A model generated the notes under the pieces. That model saw nothing but the letters and a program-made list of their open reading frames with translations. It ran no database searches and was not told where the DNA came from. From assembly GCA_964057225.1 (NCBI GenBank), contig OZ059896.1, forward strand, positions 15,624,001 through 15,688,000: 64,000 nt of DNA, in the 5' to 3' direction. Position 1 is the stretch's first letter. Each line of letters opens with the position of its first letter. The DNA is from Auanema rhodensis (taxonomy: Eukaryota > Animalia > Nematoda). Shown in pieces: positions 40,956 through 55,819 of the stretch. The position numbers and the translations under genes are program-made.

Positions 40956-43900
40956 ATGTCTAAGCTATTCCTTATAAATCTTCTCATATGCTTGTCATAT
41001 GCACAAGAATTATTTTCAAAAAGCGAAATATGTGAGATACGACCGTCCAAATGTAATTTGGTTTGTCCATTTGGATATCTTAAATCAAATTCTAAATGTG
41101 TTTGTGCATGTGCATTAGATCCTTGTCAGGTAAAACTTAATTATTTCATTTCTATTTTCTATTAACATATTACATATTTCAGACAAAGGAATGTCAAATG
41201 AATGAAACATGTGTTACATCTGGTATAACAGCTACATGTGTTCCAAATCAAGGTAAAGCATCAAAACTTATAAAATTCTTCGTTTCTCTCATTAACTTCT
41301 TGTCATAAATCACTTTTCTGAATCTTTATATTCAACTACATATAAGGTAAAAGTAACGATTGATTGAGTCGAAATATGTAATTTTCAATAGGAATTGAGG
41401 TCATAACGAACTAGCCAAGCCAATTATTACCATTCTAGAGTATGTATGGTCTACTCATTATTCATGTTTATTTTATGATTTTATTCAATTTTTTATACAG
41501 CATCAGAAGTTCAACTATTCAAAATAACATGAATTCTTTTTGCACCGTATATCGTACGGTTTCACCTAATTTTTCGCAAATACAAAATTATAATTTCTAC
41601 TCAGATATCTTGTTGTTATTTATTTATCAATTTTTGTTTTTGTTATTTTTTAAAACTTAACATTATTGCAGTTGCTGTACGACCTGAATGTCCTCGATTA
41701 TCTGGTGGAATTTGTGCTCTACGATGCGAAACCGATAAAGATTGTCAAGGTATGTCAAAAAAATTTTGTTTATTATATGTATAATTATGTTTTATAAATC
41801 TGTTTTTCTATGTTTAAGGAAGATTAATATGTTGTTCTAATGGCTGTGGAATGGAATGTGTTGTTCCATTAACTGATTTTCCCATTAAAGCTAAGCCGAT
41901 AGCTCCTGTGAATGGTTAGTTAAGCGTTTTTCGTTTCGTTCTCTGAGATTCTGTATTTTGTTTTTCAACAATTTTCAATTTTTAGGACCATTTCGAAGGT
42001 TAATTACAGCTGTTGAGAAAATTCCTAATACTATATCATCCTTTCTTAAACCTCCACCGGAGCCTATGATATCGTGTAAGTTGCCTTTTTTTTTGTGAAA
42101 CTTCTTATATACTAATCATAAAAATTTTTTAAAAAATACTCTTATTTTAGCTGAAGAAATTGAGGAAGAAGTTGAAGTTCCAATGTTTGTTGAAAAAGCT
42201 GGACAATGTCCTAGTTCAACGAGTGAATCTTGTAAACGTGAGTTCAATCTAACTTATGTGATGTACTGCTTCAACATCATTTGCTGATTCAGATGCTACA
42301 ATTGCTTGTGAACGTGACGAGGATTGTGGTGATTATCAGAAATGTTGTTCAACAAGTTGTGGCAAAAAATGCAGAGATCCGATAAAAGCAACAGGTTAGT
42401 AATTCATTCAAGCATATCTCATTCAAGCTTCAACTTTATTTTAAAATAATTATAGCTTGTATTCATCTTGCCATGGCAATTAAAAGGTTACCAAGTGGTA
42501 AACTCATCAATGGGTATATACCCAAATGTGAATTGAATGGAAAAGTAAGAAGTTCAACTTATACGAATTGATCAGATCTTTATATTTCAATATTTCAGTT
42601 TTCACCAGTGCAATGCGATGAATCTGAATGTTGGTGTGTTGACGTCAATTATGGATCTGAAATATCTGGATCACGCATTGAACTGAGTATGAAGCGACAT
42701 GATATGTGTATTAGTAAGAAATATTTATTTATTTATTCAAATAATAATCTTTAAAAGAAATTCAATCTTGAATTATACTCGTTTGAGACACATTATGGAT
42801 GAAAATCTCATATTTCTTGATTCATCTCAAGGTATCAATTGAAGCAATCTAGAGAGTACTTGAGTTATTCGAATGAATTAAGTAATATACTTGTAATAAT
42901 CTGAAAATCCGTGAAAGAATTTTTGATTTTTTCTTTCGTTCTCTCTTTCTCTTCTCTCTATCTCTCTTTTTCTCTCTTTCAAATTTGTGTAGGAGAAGAA
43001 CATCAGTTTCTCTTTTACCTTCTTTGAGTTGTTTTAATTACAAAGAAGGCTATCGATGAATAGTATGTATAACTACATGGGTCTTAATGGTCAAGTATGT
43101 TTGACTGTCTCTCGAACTGTCAGATAGTTTGATGAGCATTAAGATGAAAGCTACTGCTAGTGAGATGATGACAGACAGGATGATGGCTAGCCGCAGTAAA
43201 ATCATTAGCTTTTCCTGCCTTTGCCCAAATCTGTGTATCCCTTTTGCGAGAAAAAAAAGTATAAGGACAGAGAGTAGGGGACAGAGACTAAGAAGTTGAA
43301 TGTGGAGAGAGAAAGAGTGAGAGAAAGAGGTAGAGAAAGAGAGAGTGAGAGTGAGAGATAGAGAGAGAAAAGATATATATATGTGTGTGTGCATATGTTG
43401 TCAAGAAGGTTAAAGGATATATCTAACTGTAGGGGGTAATCAGAAGAATAATCTGAATAAATGCATAAGAGTAAGATAAAGTAAAAGACAGTTATAGTAG
43501 CTAGATATTATGAGCAAATAAATATTAAATATATACACATAAATAGCTAATCTAAAAAAAATATATTCTTTAATAATTTTCCTTTTCCAATAATTTTTTT
43601 AAATTTTCTAAAAATTTTAAAAGTATTATCTGAATACTTGTTATAAAACAAACAAATGAAGTCAAATCAAAAGAAGCAAAAACTAAGGAAATCAGTCAAT
43701 TCAACTAAAATCATAAAACTTTTTTTGAAAATTGAATAATTAATCTTTAATATGTGAATTATAATATTTATTTAATAGATCTTCGATTATGTGCCACTAA
43801 ATGTGAAGGAACTTGTCCACATGGATTCATTATGAATCAATTTGGTTGTCCAGTTGAAGGATGTATATGTAAAGATATTTGTCACGGGATTGGGTAATTT

Positions 43901-46900
43901 TAATATAAAACTTTATTAAAAATAAATAATATAATTAATAAATATCTTTAGATGCATAAATAGTGCAGATATATGTCAATTAGTTGAGCCAGATTGTCTA
44001 ACACCTCCATGCTTACCCGTACCTCGTTGTGGGTTTTTATTAACATTTTATAGAATACTATACTTTTAATAATATTATATTCATAATATATAATTATATG
44101 TTTATTTCTTAAGGTTTAATCAATCCGTGTCCAACAGGACATCCAATGACCATACCTACAGGTGTGACGGCATTGTGTGTACGATCAGAGCAATGCTCTG
44201 ACAACTATTGGTGTCATAAGGTATAGTAATTAACTCAATTAACATCTCAACATATAGTTATTCAATTCTGATTTTCAAAAAATTATTTTCTTCATTGTAT
44301 TAGCCATTTTCTTCATCCGTTAATTCAATTATTTCCTTTTTTCACTTCGTTGTCATCGTCATCTTCTTGTGACATTTGGCCATCCGCTATGATTGACTTG
44401 AATGAACAAAAATTATGAAATTTTCTAGTTTTTCTTGTTTGAATGACTTGCAAGTTTGGTTTTCTTGTTGTGGCAATACCAATTATATCCAGTCTAGCAT
44501 TTTCAAGAAACAAAAAAAAAACGTATTTTTTCATAAAAATAGTAATGAGGGATGAGAAACTTGAATGTAAACTTTAAATATATTTAGATAAACCTTTTTT
44601 TTTCAGATTGGTTACAGTGGGTTGGGATTCTGTTGTAGTGGAAAACAACCAGAAGCAATTTTTGATGGACAATGTCCTTCAAGAACACCACATAAGAATT
44701 CAACATGTGTTTCAACATGTAAAAGTGATGAGCATTGCTTAACAGGTAATACAATTATTAATTATATATTTAAATATTATTAATTATATGAATATATTTG
44801 TAGGAAAATGTTGTTATGATGGATGTGGTTTAAGTTGTGTTGAAACAGAATTTCAACCTAAAACAACACTTAAACCTCTTATTCAGAAACTTATTGAAAA
44901 AAAAATTGAATTTCAACCTAGCCTTGTGGCAGCTCATAACAAAGGTTAGAAATGTTTCAATCTATTATACTTGTATAGAATAGTTTAATCTGTTTAAATA
45001 TCAGCTTTAATCAGCAATATAATATTATAAATATTATATTTTATTCAGATCATCTAAGTTCACTCGTAGCTGAATGTCCTATAATGCCATCTTCAAACAA
45101 GAATTGTACAACCTTATGCAGCTCTGATGCTGATTGTCCGGGAATGAAACGATGTTGTCGATCTGGATGCTCAACTCTTTGTACATATTTTGTTCGAAGT
45201 ACACGTAAGTAGTATAGTAAATATACAATTATAATCAAAACTATATGTTCTTATAGCATGTTATCAGCATTCTTTAACAGCCGAAACATATTCTTTGAGA
45301 AAAGTAAAAAAATGTGATCGTGCTGGCAACTATGAGAGAATTCAGGTTCGCAACAATTTATATATTAAATCATATAAGTTACAAACAACCTTTTCTATAT
45401 TTTATTTCTTTAAAAATTAATTTTAATAGCATTTAGTGTGACGATAACGGCTGTTATTGTGTTAATCCTATTGTTGGTGAAGAAATTCCTGGAACTAGAA
45501 AATCACTTGGAAAGCCTAATTGTTCCGGTAAATAATTGATTGTTTTCAAATGTCAAACATAAGTTTTCTTATTTTTAGAAATTAAAATTTGTAAAAATCA
45601 TAATTGTAAAACAATATGTCCATATGGATATATAACAGACAGAGAAGGATGTCAGACATGTGCATGTGCCAATCCATGTCAAGAAGTGAGTTTTTCTTAT
45701 ATTTTCCGATTCAATGATATTTCAATTAATTTTTATATTTTTAGGTCAAATGCCCCGAGGGAAGTATGTGTGTAATGAGTATAGTAGATTGTTTTCAAAA
45801 AGAAAACTGTAATCCACAGCCTCGATGTAATATTAATTTATATAAATAATAGTTTATAAAATTACATATTCTAGGTGTTTTATCGATGTGTCCAACTGGA
45901 GAAGCAGCTATATCACCTATTGGTACAGCAGAAGTCTGCTCTGATAATCAAGAATGTCCCAAAGATTACTGGTGTCACTCAGTAATTAATATATATATAG
46001 TTAATAAGAATTATTAATATTTTGTATTTTAGTTTGGATTATCATCCGGTGGTATCTGCTGTCCCAATCCAGTACGTCCAAAACTGAAAGGACATTGTCC
46101 ATCAGTACAACCCTTGCTCGATCGTTTTCATGAATGCAGGTATGATTATTAAGACTAAACTCTTGAAATATAAATCTATTTGATTTATAAAGGAAATATA
46201 CTATGGTACATTATTTTATTGTCATATTACCTTTATAAACACTCAAAACGTTGACAAGAAAATTATAAATTGGCCCACGTTTGCGATGATCATATGCTTA
46301 TGTACACGTTTTTTTTTCATTTTCAATTATGAACCCGGGGTTAATCGGTTGTATTTTAAACGATATTTTAGAATGTTCTATAGCTAATTCTACCATTTTT
46401 CAGATTGGAATGCCGAACGGATGAAGATTGTATGAGAAATCGTAAATGTTGCTTTGACGGATGTGGCACAATGTGTTTAGGTAAGCTTCTAAACTATATC
46501 ATATAACCAATAATTAAGGTTTAAATTTTTACATAGCTAAGTTTTCGATTTCAGATTTTAGTAATGAAATCGGTTCGGAGGAGATGGAAGAAGAATCAGA
46601 AGAAAATACAGAAAACATTACATCTGATATACAACCTGTAACAGATTTTGATAAAATAGGTGGATGTCCTCATGTTACTGAAACTAATTGTCCAGCTGAT
46701 GGGTATATAATTAGATTATTATTATATAAATAAAAATATTTAATATTCAGGCTTGCTGATGAATGTGTAACTGATATGAATTGTGCTGGAGTTCAAAAAT
46801 GTTGTTCCGATGGCTGTCGTAAGCTTTGTATTTATGCTGGTAATCAAATGATAATCACATATTTTATAAAATTCAATTGATATTGTAGAAAGAACAACTG

Positions 46901-49900
46901 CTTGTTTGCAATTGAAAGGAGCTTTACAGCAAATAGGTCAAATGGATCGTGTAAAATGTCGTCCAAGTATGTTTTTATTTTCTTGTAATATTTCATTAAA
47001 TATTCAAACTTTAGATGGCTCATTCGAGCATGTTCAATGTTCGTCAAAGTACTGTTGGTGTGTTGATAGTAATGGCTTGGAAATTGAAGGAACACGTACA
47101 TCAGATGATGCTGAACCTAATTGTGAAGGTAATATAATAATGATTATATATTATATATATTATATAATTAATATTTTATATAATATTTTTTGCTTTAGAA
47201 CGACGCAAATGTTCGACACCAGTATGTTCGTCATCGAATGATTGCAAGTTTGGATTTAAGAAAGATGATAATGGATGTAATACATGTGAATGTCATAGTC
47301 CATGTGATGTAAGTAGATTATATTAACTTATTTATTATATTATCATATATATATATATAACTATTTTCAGTCTGTTACCTGTCCATATGCATCCATTTGC
47401 ATTCCAATAAGCGAATGCACGAAAGAGCCATGCCAGGAAGTTCCACGATGTGTGATCAATCCCTGTCAATCAGGAGAACCACTCGTTGATCAATCCACAT
47501 TTGAAGCCATTATCTGTAAAGATAATCGCCAGTGTCAAGCTTCCAACAATGGAAAAAGTTATTGCAATCTATTTAAAGGTGACGAAGGATATTGCTGCCC
47601 AGGAAAAGGTGAATATGCTTTTCAATTAAGAATACTTAAATGCTAATTCAAGGTTTTTTTTTTAATAATTAACTAATGTCAGAACCTAAACAACATCCTG
47701 GAACATGTCCGCGCTTATTTGACAGTAAGCCCGGTAATTGTCTTCGTAATTGTAATTCTGATGAACAATGCGCAGCTGACGAAAAATGTTGTAGTAACGG
47801 ATGCGGCTTATCGTGCCAACCAGCAGGTTTTCTAATTTTTTTTATAGTTTTTATAGTTTTTAACGTGAAATATTATAGAATTTGATACACCTGTTCATTC
47901 TATAGTTCATATTGGCGAATGCTTACCTGTTAAATCATTAGGTGCTTTTTGTCCTCAACGGTTAGTAAACTTTAAAATATTTTTATGATTTATAACTTTT
48001 AAGAAATTCATATAGATCATCAGAATCAGAATGTAAATCTGATGCTGATTGTGATAAGCTTTCGAAATGCTGTTCAGATGGATGTAGTCAACGTTGTGTT
48101 GCTCCATATATCACGACTCAATGTATTCATTCGCGTTTAGCTGCTATCTCGCTTCGTGAATTGAATACTCAGGCTATGCTTCCGGAATGTGATTCAAGCG
48201 GCGAATTTGTCAGTATACAAACTCATTATGGCCTCAAATGGTGTGTAGATGAGCAGGGTAATGAGATACCAGGTTTGAGACAATAATATCATCATATCTC
48301 ATTGATTTATATTAACTTAGGAACAAAAACAGTAAATCTGCCTAATTGTCATTACCCGAAATCATGCCCAGTTCGATCGTGCTCCAAACAATGTCATTTT
48401 GGGTACATATTACTAACCGTATAGAATCATAAATAAGAATTTTAGCTTTAAAACTGATAATGATGGGTGTATCGTTTGTGATTGTCGTGACTATTGTGAA
48501 TTCATGGAATGTCCAGCGGGCACATTGTGCAGAATGGTTGATACTGTCTGCATAACTGCAGATTGCCAGCCTGTACCTAGATGTAAGCAATTTAGAAGCC
48601 TATTGATATTTAATAATTATCATGTTGTTAGGTGTGCCTAATATATGTTCAAGTGGGGAACCACTGATCAGCCGAGATTCTGGAACCGTAGCTGAATGCT
48701 CAGTACAGTCAGATTGTCCAGCAAACTTTTATTGTCAGAAAAGTGGCTTCATTGGAAAAGGCTTTTGTTGTCCTGGAAAGCAAGGTATACACATTCAATC
48801 ATATTTTTTTCTAATTATATTTTATATAATTCAATACTATAGTTCCAGCACAATTTGCAACAATACAATGTCCTGCAATCGCAACATCGAATTCTTCGGT
48901 TGATGGTTCGGCTTGTGTTGTATCATGCCGTCGGCCGTCAGATTGCATACAGTCGATCTGTTGCTTCAACGGATGCGGAACAAGCTGTCAGTTCCATACA
49001 GGTATCTTATCTGCTCAAACATTAAAATGTTGAGGTAAATGACTAGCTTCAGGACGCTCAATAGCACCTATGAAATCCATCCGAAAGATGATTCTTTCCA
49101 AGCCTGTGAGTTTAGAAGCATAATCATATGTATAGCTAGGCTAGATAAAACTATTGGACTACTCTCTAATATACACATAATGAATTATTATGATATTATT
49201 AGAAATACCTTATTATAAAACTGTATTCAGGTACCAAGTATTTCATTTGCTCCAGTCATGGAATCTGCTCCCGATATCACAATGCCAGTCAAGTTTGTTA
49301 CTCAAAACTTGTCAGAAATTCTTACAACTCCATCTCCTGTTCCAGGTTTGTACTAATCTTATATAAAACATAAAATTATGCATTTTTAGTGTTTCCTTCT
49401 CAAGTATTGAAAATTTCCACAAAAGTTGGCACTTGTCCATTATTATTGTTAAATCCTGGATGCATAGAGGAATGTAACATGGATTCTGACTGTCCAGGCT
49501 TTATGAAGTGTTGTAAAGCGAGCTGTGCATCCATCTGTTCTGCAGCTAAAGTTGGCCAATCATAACGAGCATTTTCAACTTCATTTTTTCCGTTTCAGTC
49601 AACAACATACTGTGGACATCTATTGTCATCATTATCAAAAGAAAATGATCGTTTTGAAATGCCTTTATTAATCCAATGTTCTATGGATGGAACATTCCGA
49701 CGACATCAATGTGATGCTAGGCTACAGTATGTCTTCATATTTTTCATAAAAATATTTCTTCACTTAATAATTAATTAGTTTGTGCGATATCATTGAAACT
49801 GGTAATTTGTCAAAATAACCAGATAAATCTAATATTTTTCTGATATTCCAAGATTGCCAAATTAACACACTTATTATTTATATTTATTATTAGACAATGC

Positions 49901-52900
49901 TGGTGCGTTGAAGAATATTCTGGAAGAGAAATTATTGGCACACGTCAAGCATCGTCATTATCTTTGCCAGATTGTTCAAGTACAGTATTATCTTAACTAT
50001 TTTAATTATAAATTCTATATATTACAGAGCCAAAAATATGTTCTTCCAATTGTCAAGATGCTTTAGCACTTTGTCCATATGGTCTCCGACTAGATTCAGA
50101 TGGATGTCCACAGAATGGTATTTGCATTTGTAGAAATCCATGTCAAGTAAATTTTTTAATCAAAATTAAGTTAAAATATAATTTATTCAGGATATTAAAT
50201 GTTCATCTCCATTATCTACATGTGTTCTGCTGAAAAAAGAATGTATTGGCACTCACTGTCCATCAGTCCCTACTTGTCAGTTTCATCTTCTATATTCTTT
50301 AATGTTAATATCCTATTATAGGTATTCCTAATCTTTGCGGATTAAACTCTGTTATTACTGAAGAATATGGTAATCCGCGTACGTGCCAATCAGAATCCGA
50401 TTGTGATCATCATGATGCACAGTGCATTGTGGAATCAAATGGTGATGAGCAGATATCTATGTGCTGTCAGCCAATTTCCACAACAACTGAATTGATAATA
50501 CGAAAACGATTACGTAAACCCACAGGTTCTATTGATCAATCGTATTCGCATATGATAATCTGAACTTGTTTAGCATGCACAATACTTCGAGCTTCCATTG
50601 AGTCTCTACTCAAGAAAGGAGCTACAACTAGATTGAATAAGCCAGCATGCACTGATACTGGCGCTTTCTCTACTGTTCAGTGCGATTCTCAAGGATTCTG
50701 CTGGTGTGTGAACTCAAATAATGGGCATGAAATCGCTGGCACAAGAAAACTTGGAATCAACAGTGAGCAACAAGTCTGCAAAAGTGAGTTTATCTAAATA
50801 TGATAATTCACAAAATCATTTTCAATATTTCAGTCCAACATACATGCTCTAAGGTTTGCTCGGAAGCTCGATGTCCGTTTGGATTACAGTACGATCATTA
50901 CGGATGTCCATTACCTAACTGTCAATGTTTTTCGCCATGTGATCAGATAAGTTGTAAAGACAATGAGGTATAGCATCTGATTTCCATTTACTATTATAAT
51001 TATATTAATTATTCAGATATGTCTTTTGAAAACTCGATCAATTGATTTTGATAAAGTATTCGCAATACCTTCATGTGAGTCTTTTGAATATCTTTTTTCA
51101 AACGACTATAGCTTGAACTTCAAGTTGAAACTTTGAATGTCTATTCCAAATCTGTAGTCAATTATATTATCTTTGAAACTTTGTTAATAAGTTGAAAATA
51201 TAATTGTAATCATTTAGGTCAGAAATCACCATGCACAGATGGCCAAGAGCCAGGTCTCGATTTCATAACACGTCAACGATTCTCGTGCAGCGAAAAGACA
51301 ACTTGCCCTGATGGTCATTACTGCACTAAGCATGACTCTTCATCCGAAGGCTTTTGCTGTCCTGGAACCAGTACGTCATCTTGTACATTTATCTTAATCT
51401 AAACCTTATATTCAGAAACTCAAATTATATCAACAGTACAAGAAAAGTTTGGATGTACACACGGTGATCCATATTCCAGTTCACCTGATGGAACACCATT
51501 AACATGTACAGTATCAGCTAATGGGTATTAGAAGGAATAACTCATTAGTTTATCTTATAATTCTATTCAGATGTCCTTCTACTCATTATTGCTCTACGAA
51601 AGCTGGATTGAAAGAAGGCATATGCTGTGTTACAAAACGTAACTTACATTCTTATACTTGATATACGTTTATCAATATCTTAATGACATATCTTTTTTTT
51701 AGGATATGTATGTAATCTGGCTCATGAACGTGGTGCTTGTAGCACATCCGTTGAACGATTCTTCTATTCATCTTCCAAACAAAGATGTCTACCATTTGAG
51801 TATGGTGGATGTGCTGGAAATTTGAATAATTTTGCTTCAATGATTGATTGTCAGCAATTCTGTCAAGGTAAACATCATCTATCGGTTCTCCTACAGTAGT
51901 TGGCACCCCCGGCATAGATATGAATAACCTCCCAAAACTGGCTAAGCCTAAGCTTAAGTGCCGAACACTACTTGATATCTTCTGAATATATTTATGAATT
52001 GCTAAAAAAAACGTTTCATTCAATAACAATGAGGTTGAGAAGGGTGGCACCAATTACAGAAGAATCAATTTATCATCATTGTTCATATGCATCTATGTCT
52101 TTTATAAAAACTTAATTTTCTATTTAGGTATTGGTATAGATATATCATCACCATACTTGGATAATGATATTGATGATGAATCTGTTGTACAGTCCTATCA
52201 ACTTGGATTCACATTACTTGGTCCAATAGCAACTGTAGATCAACGAAATGCTATCAATGCGTAATATTATATAAATTGAATATTATTTATAATTATTACT
52301 TATAATTACAGTAAACTTCAACGTTATTTGCAAGATACATTCAGTATTAGTAATGGATCATTAAATGATTTGGAGATAGCAAATGATAAAACAGTTCGAT
52401 TCAAGCTTGTTGATGTGAAAGCTCGGGAATATGCTCAACTTATATCAGAAGCGGTTTGTCATTTTATTATATTAATTCTAAGAAAATTTTCCAAAATGAA
52501 CATATTTTGTAAACGTTAAGCTAAAAACATTGTATTTTACTATTCTATTCTCTAGTATATGTTTTACAGATTTCAAATGGCACACTGGAATTCGAAGTAG
52601 ATTCACAGAAATATCAAGCTGAACCGCAAACGTTGTTTGCTCATCAAGCTGGTGAAGTATTACCAACAAACTCAACAGCCAAAATAGTTTTTTGGGGTAA
52701 ACTAAGAAAAAACAAAAAAGAGTTTTTAAACTTATATTTTAGCTGTTCTTCTCGCCTCAACTGTATTTGCAATTGTGGTCATTGTTATACTTTGTTTAGC
52801 ATTCGTAAGTTTAAATATATTTAATTTATACATAATATTATATTATAGGTTATTCTCTATAAATCATCTGCCAAAGAAACTTCATCAATACGAGGCAGTA

Positions 52901-53128
52901 CGCCATCCAATTTTGTTTCCAATAGCATTGTTGCTCATCGAGTTAACCACAAGCTGTCTAATCCATCTCAACCACATCAAACACAACGATTACGTCGAGA
53001 AATGGTAATTTTTTAATCTCATATTTATTATAATCTTATATTATTAGATTTTTTCACGCGAAGATCTACATCGAGTCCATGGCCATCACATTCAGAACGA
53101 AAGGCCACAATCTGTTATTTATTATTAA
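40956..53128 (+). CDS. Giant cysteine-rich type-I membrane protein with repeated antistasin-like, WAP, thyroglobulin type-1 and Lustrin/DC-like modules plus one Kunitz domain
   Basis: Signal peptide MSKLFLINLLICLSYA; multiple WAP (CxxDxxCxxxxKCCxxGCG), TY (QC...CWCV...GxEIxG) and antistasin (CPFG...C.C) exons; Kunitz CNLAHERGAC...FEYGGCAGNLNNF at ~51703-51868; TM AVLLASTVFAIVVIVILCLAFVILY; ends QSVIYY*. Confidence 0.93.
51894..52059. mobile_element. Possible degenerate MITE-like insertion in an intron
   Basis: GC-richer 166 bp segment. Left end TA|cagtagttggcacccc; the right end reverse-complements to ctgtaattggtgccaccc (imperfect TIR). No transposase. Confidence 0.3.
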
Positions 53129-53560
53129 AATTTTATATATATTCTTTCTGATGATAAGAGATTTATATTCTAAAACCTTCTATCGTTCAGGTTTTTTTTT
53201 CAACTTATCTTGCTGTAAGCAAAATTCTTACTGGTATTAACGAGTAATTCATGTTTTTCCTCTATTTTCACAAATTAATTAATGAAAAAATAAATGATTA
53301 ATTATACGTATGTATATGTATTTCTATTATTTAGATTTTTGTTTAAAAAAAAATTATAAAAAAATTAAATTTTTATTAATAGTTCTGGTATTATATTATT
53401 TAATTAAGAATAATAATATAAAATATATTAAACTATAATATTATAAAGTTATATATATATATATAATATATTTATTTAATTAATAAAACACATAAATACA
53501 CATACATCATACTTAATTACAAGAAAATTATTATTATTTCAATTTAAAGAATATTAGCTA

Positions 53561-54680
53561 TTATTGTCTCATCTTAAGTCTACTTTCCTCCATTAATAAT
53601 GTAAAATTACCATAAAAACTAGGTATGAAATCAGTTTCATGTCGTTCAAATGCTTTTTGTACATCCTATAATTCAAAAATATTATTAAGATTTTTAATAA
53701 TTATTATTAATTACAATCATGTTATGTACTCCTGTAAACATAAGACAACCAGAAAATCCGTTGATGTTCGCAAGTTTCATATCTGTAGCCAGATTGTCGC
53801 CAAACATGATCGTCCGTTTAGGTATCAAGTCCAAATTATTTCGAAGGTAATTTCCCAACTGTGTACTTGGTTTTCCCATTATTACAGCTTTTCTATCAGT
53901 TATTTGTTCTACAAATGACTGAAATTGTATAATATTATACAGAATAATCACCTTAATCATATGATTATTAAAAAATCAATAAACTAACTAACAATAACGG
54001 AACCAGAATCTGGTAACAGCAAGTTAAATGGTCCACGAAAATACGTATCAGCAGAAAAGCCGATGAATTGAATAGACGGATCAGATACGTAGTTGATTAA
54101 TCGAGCGAAACTTTCCATCGTATGCTGAACATAAGAATCAACTATGACAGCATCAGGTTTTTCCTAAACGAATCATATTTTGTATTTTAGATATTGATTA
54201 TAATCAATTATCAATAATAATATAATTCAACTTATTATATACTATTACCTTATTCAATTCATCTAAACGCTCAAAATCCCATTCAGTTACTGTATGTGGG
54301 GTTTCGGAATTAATGAAAGAAGCATTGATCTGTTCCTGCAATAACTGTCGACCATCTGGTGGTCCCAAATAGTAAAATCGTGAATTTTCCATTTCATGTT
54401 CTTTAAAGTAGCTGATAGCTACACGTATTGGTTGAATGAATGAATTCTCCGTCACGAACGAAAGGCCATAGCTACGAAACTGCTGCGCCAGATCCTCAGA
54501 ACGTTTCCAACCATTGTTTGTCACAAAAAGAACTTTTTTGCCATGAGCTTCCAAAAATTGAATAAAATCTATTGCATCAGGTATGAGACTTGGACCAACT
54601 CGTATAACTCCATCCAAATCAAAAAGAAAATTATCAAATTGATGAATAGCTAATGATAAGGAAAGTAGAGGAATAATCAT
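53561..54680 (-). CDS. HAD-superfamily class IIA phosphatase (phosphoglycolate/glycerol-3-phosphate phosphatase, NagD-like), 4 exons
   Basis: Motif I FDLDGV, motif II VTNN, motif III MGKP, motif IV FGDNLATD, and MFTGV. Confidence 0.93.
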
Positions 54681-55481
54681 CTAAAATAATGAAAAAATTA
54701 AAAAGAATATTGATGATATTGAATAAATTTGAAAGAAATAAAGCAGTTTATAACATCTGGAATTGGAATCTACAAACACTGTTCGCTTACTAAGCAAACA
54801 TCAAACTATTATCATGATAACGTAAGATAAGGTCATTTCATTTTTACATTTTTTGACAACTTTATCATCAATCATCAATGTGTTATGTTTCTTATTAATA
54901 CAACAAATGAACATTTTTTAGCCAATTTATAAACTTATTTGATAATCACTTTTACACCTTAAGTTGAAAGATATGAAAGAAATCACAAAAAGATAGATAA
55001 AATCAAGAAAATAGTAAAGAATTTGAAACAATGTAAACTTACTCAACTAATTCTATTATTATTATTTCAATGCAAATATTTATAAAAAAACTGTAGATTA
55101 GAAGATGTTTAAACTATGTTCAATCTTAAAGTATTAATGTTGAAAGCTGAAAATTATTTTATTCTTCTAATGGAAGGAATTATTTTTCTTTCTGGTTTGA
55201 AAAACAATTGTTGACGTAACGAGATTTAGAAGGATTACCCAATGTCTTTCCAATTATATCAAGTAATATCTGCTTCAAGACTACATAAAATGATTTTAGT
55301 ATAAGCTTTCATTCTTATTCAATTTTTTTATTTATCGAAATAATAAAAAAAATGTTTTTTTTTGTAATTTCTTTCTTATATACTTATATATTTTTCATTC
55401 TTTTCTTGCGTAGGTGTATCAGAATTTTCGAGGTAATCTAACAGACAGGCTAGTTATCTCCCATCTTACATTCTATTTCTT

Positions 55482-55485
<4 letters not shown>

Positions 55486-55518
<33 letters not shown>
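55486..55518. repeat. (AT)n microsatellite
   Basis: Directly visible. Confidence 0.95.
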
Positions 55519-55523
<5 letters not shown>

Positions 55524-55819
55524 AATTAATTTCAATTATAAAAATAATCTATATAAATATAATTATTTAATTATTAATAATTATATTTAATCACATCACT
55601 AACTTTAAAAATAGGTTATTGTCATAATACTGTTTTAACTTTGTTCTTTTTTTCTTCGAAATTAAAGAATATAAAGAATATTTTATGAGTTCTCCTTTAA
55701 TTTTTAATTTTAACAAACCGATTTCTAAAGATTTCTAACATAAATTGCAAAAAAAAATTATTAAACCTTAAACATTATGAATATATCGTCAATATGCATG
55801 TAAACAACAAGTTTAGGTT

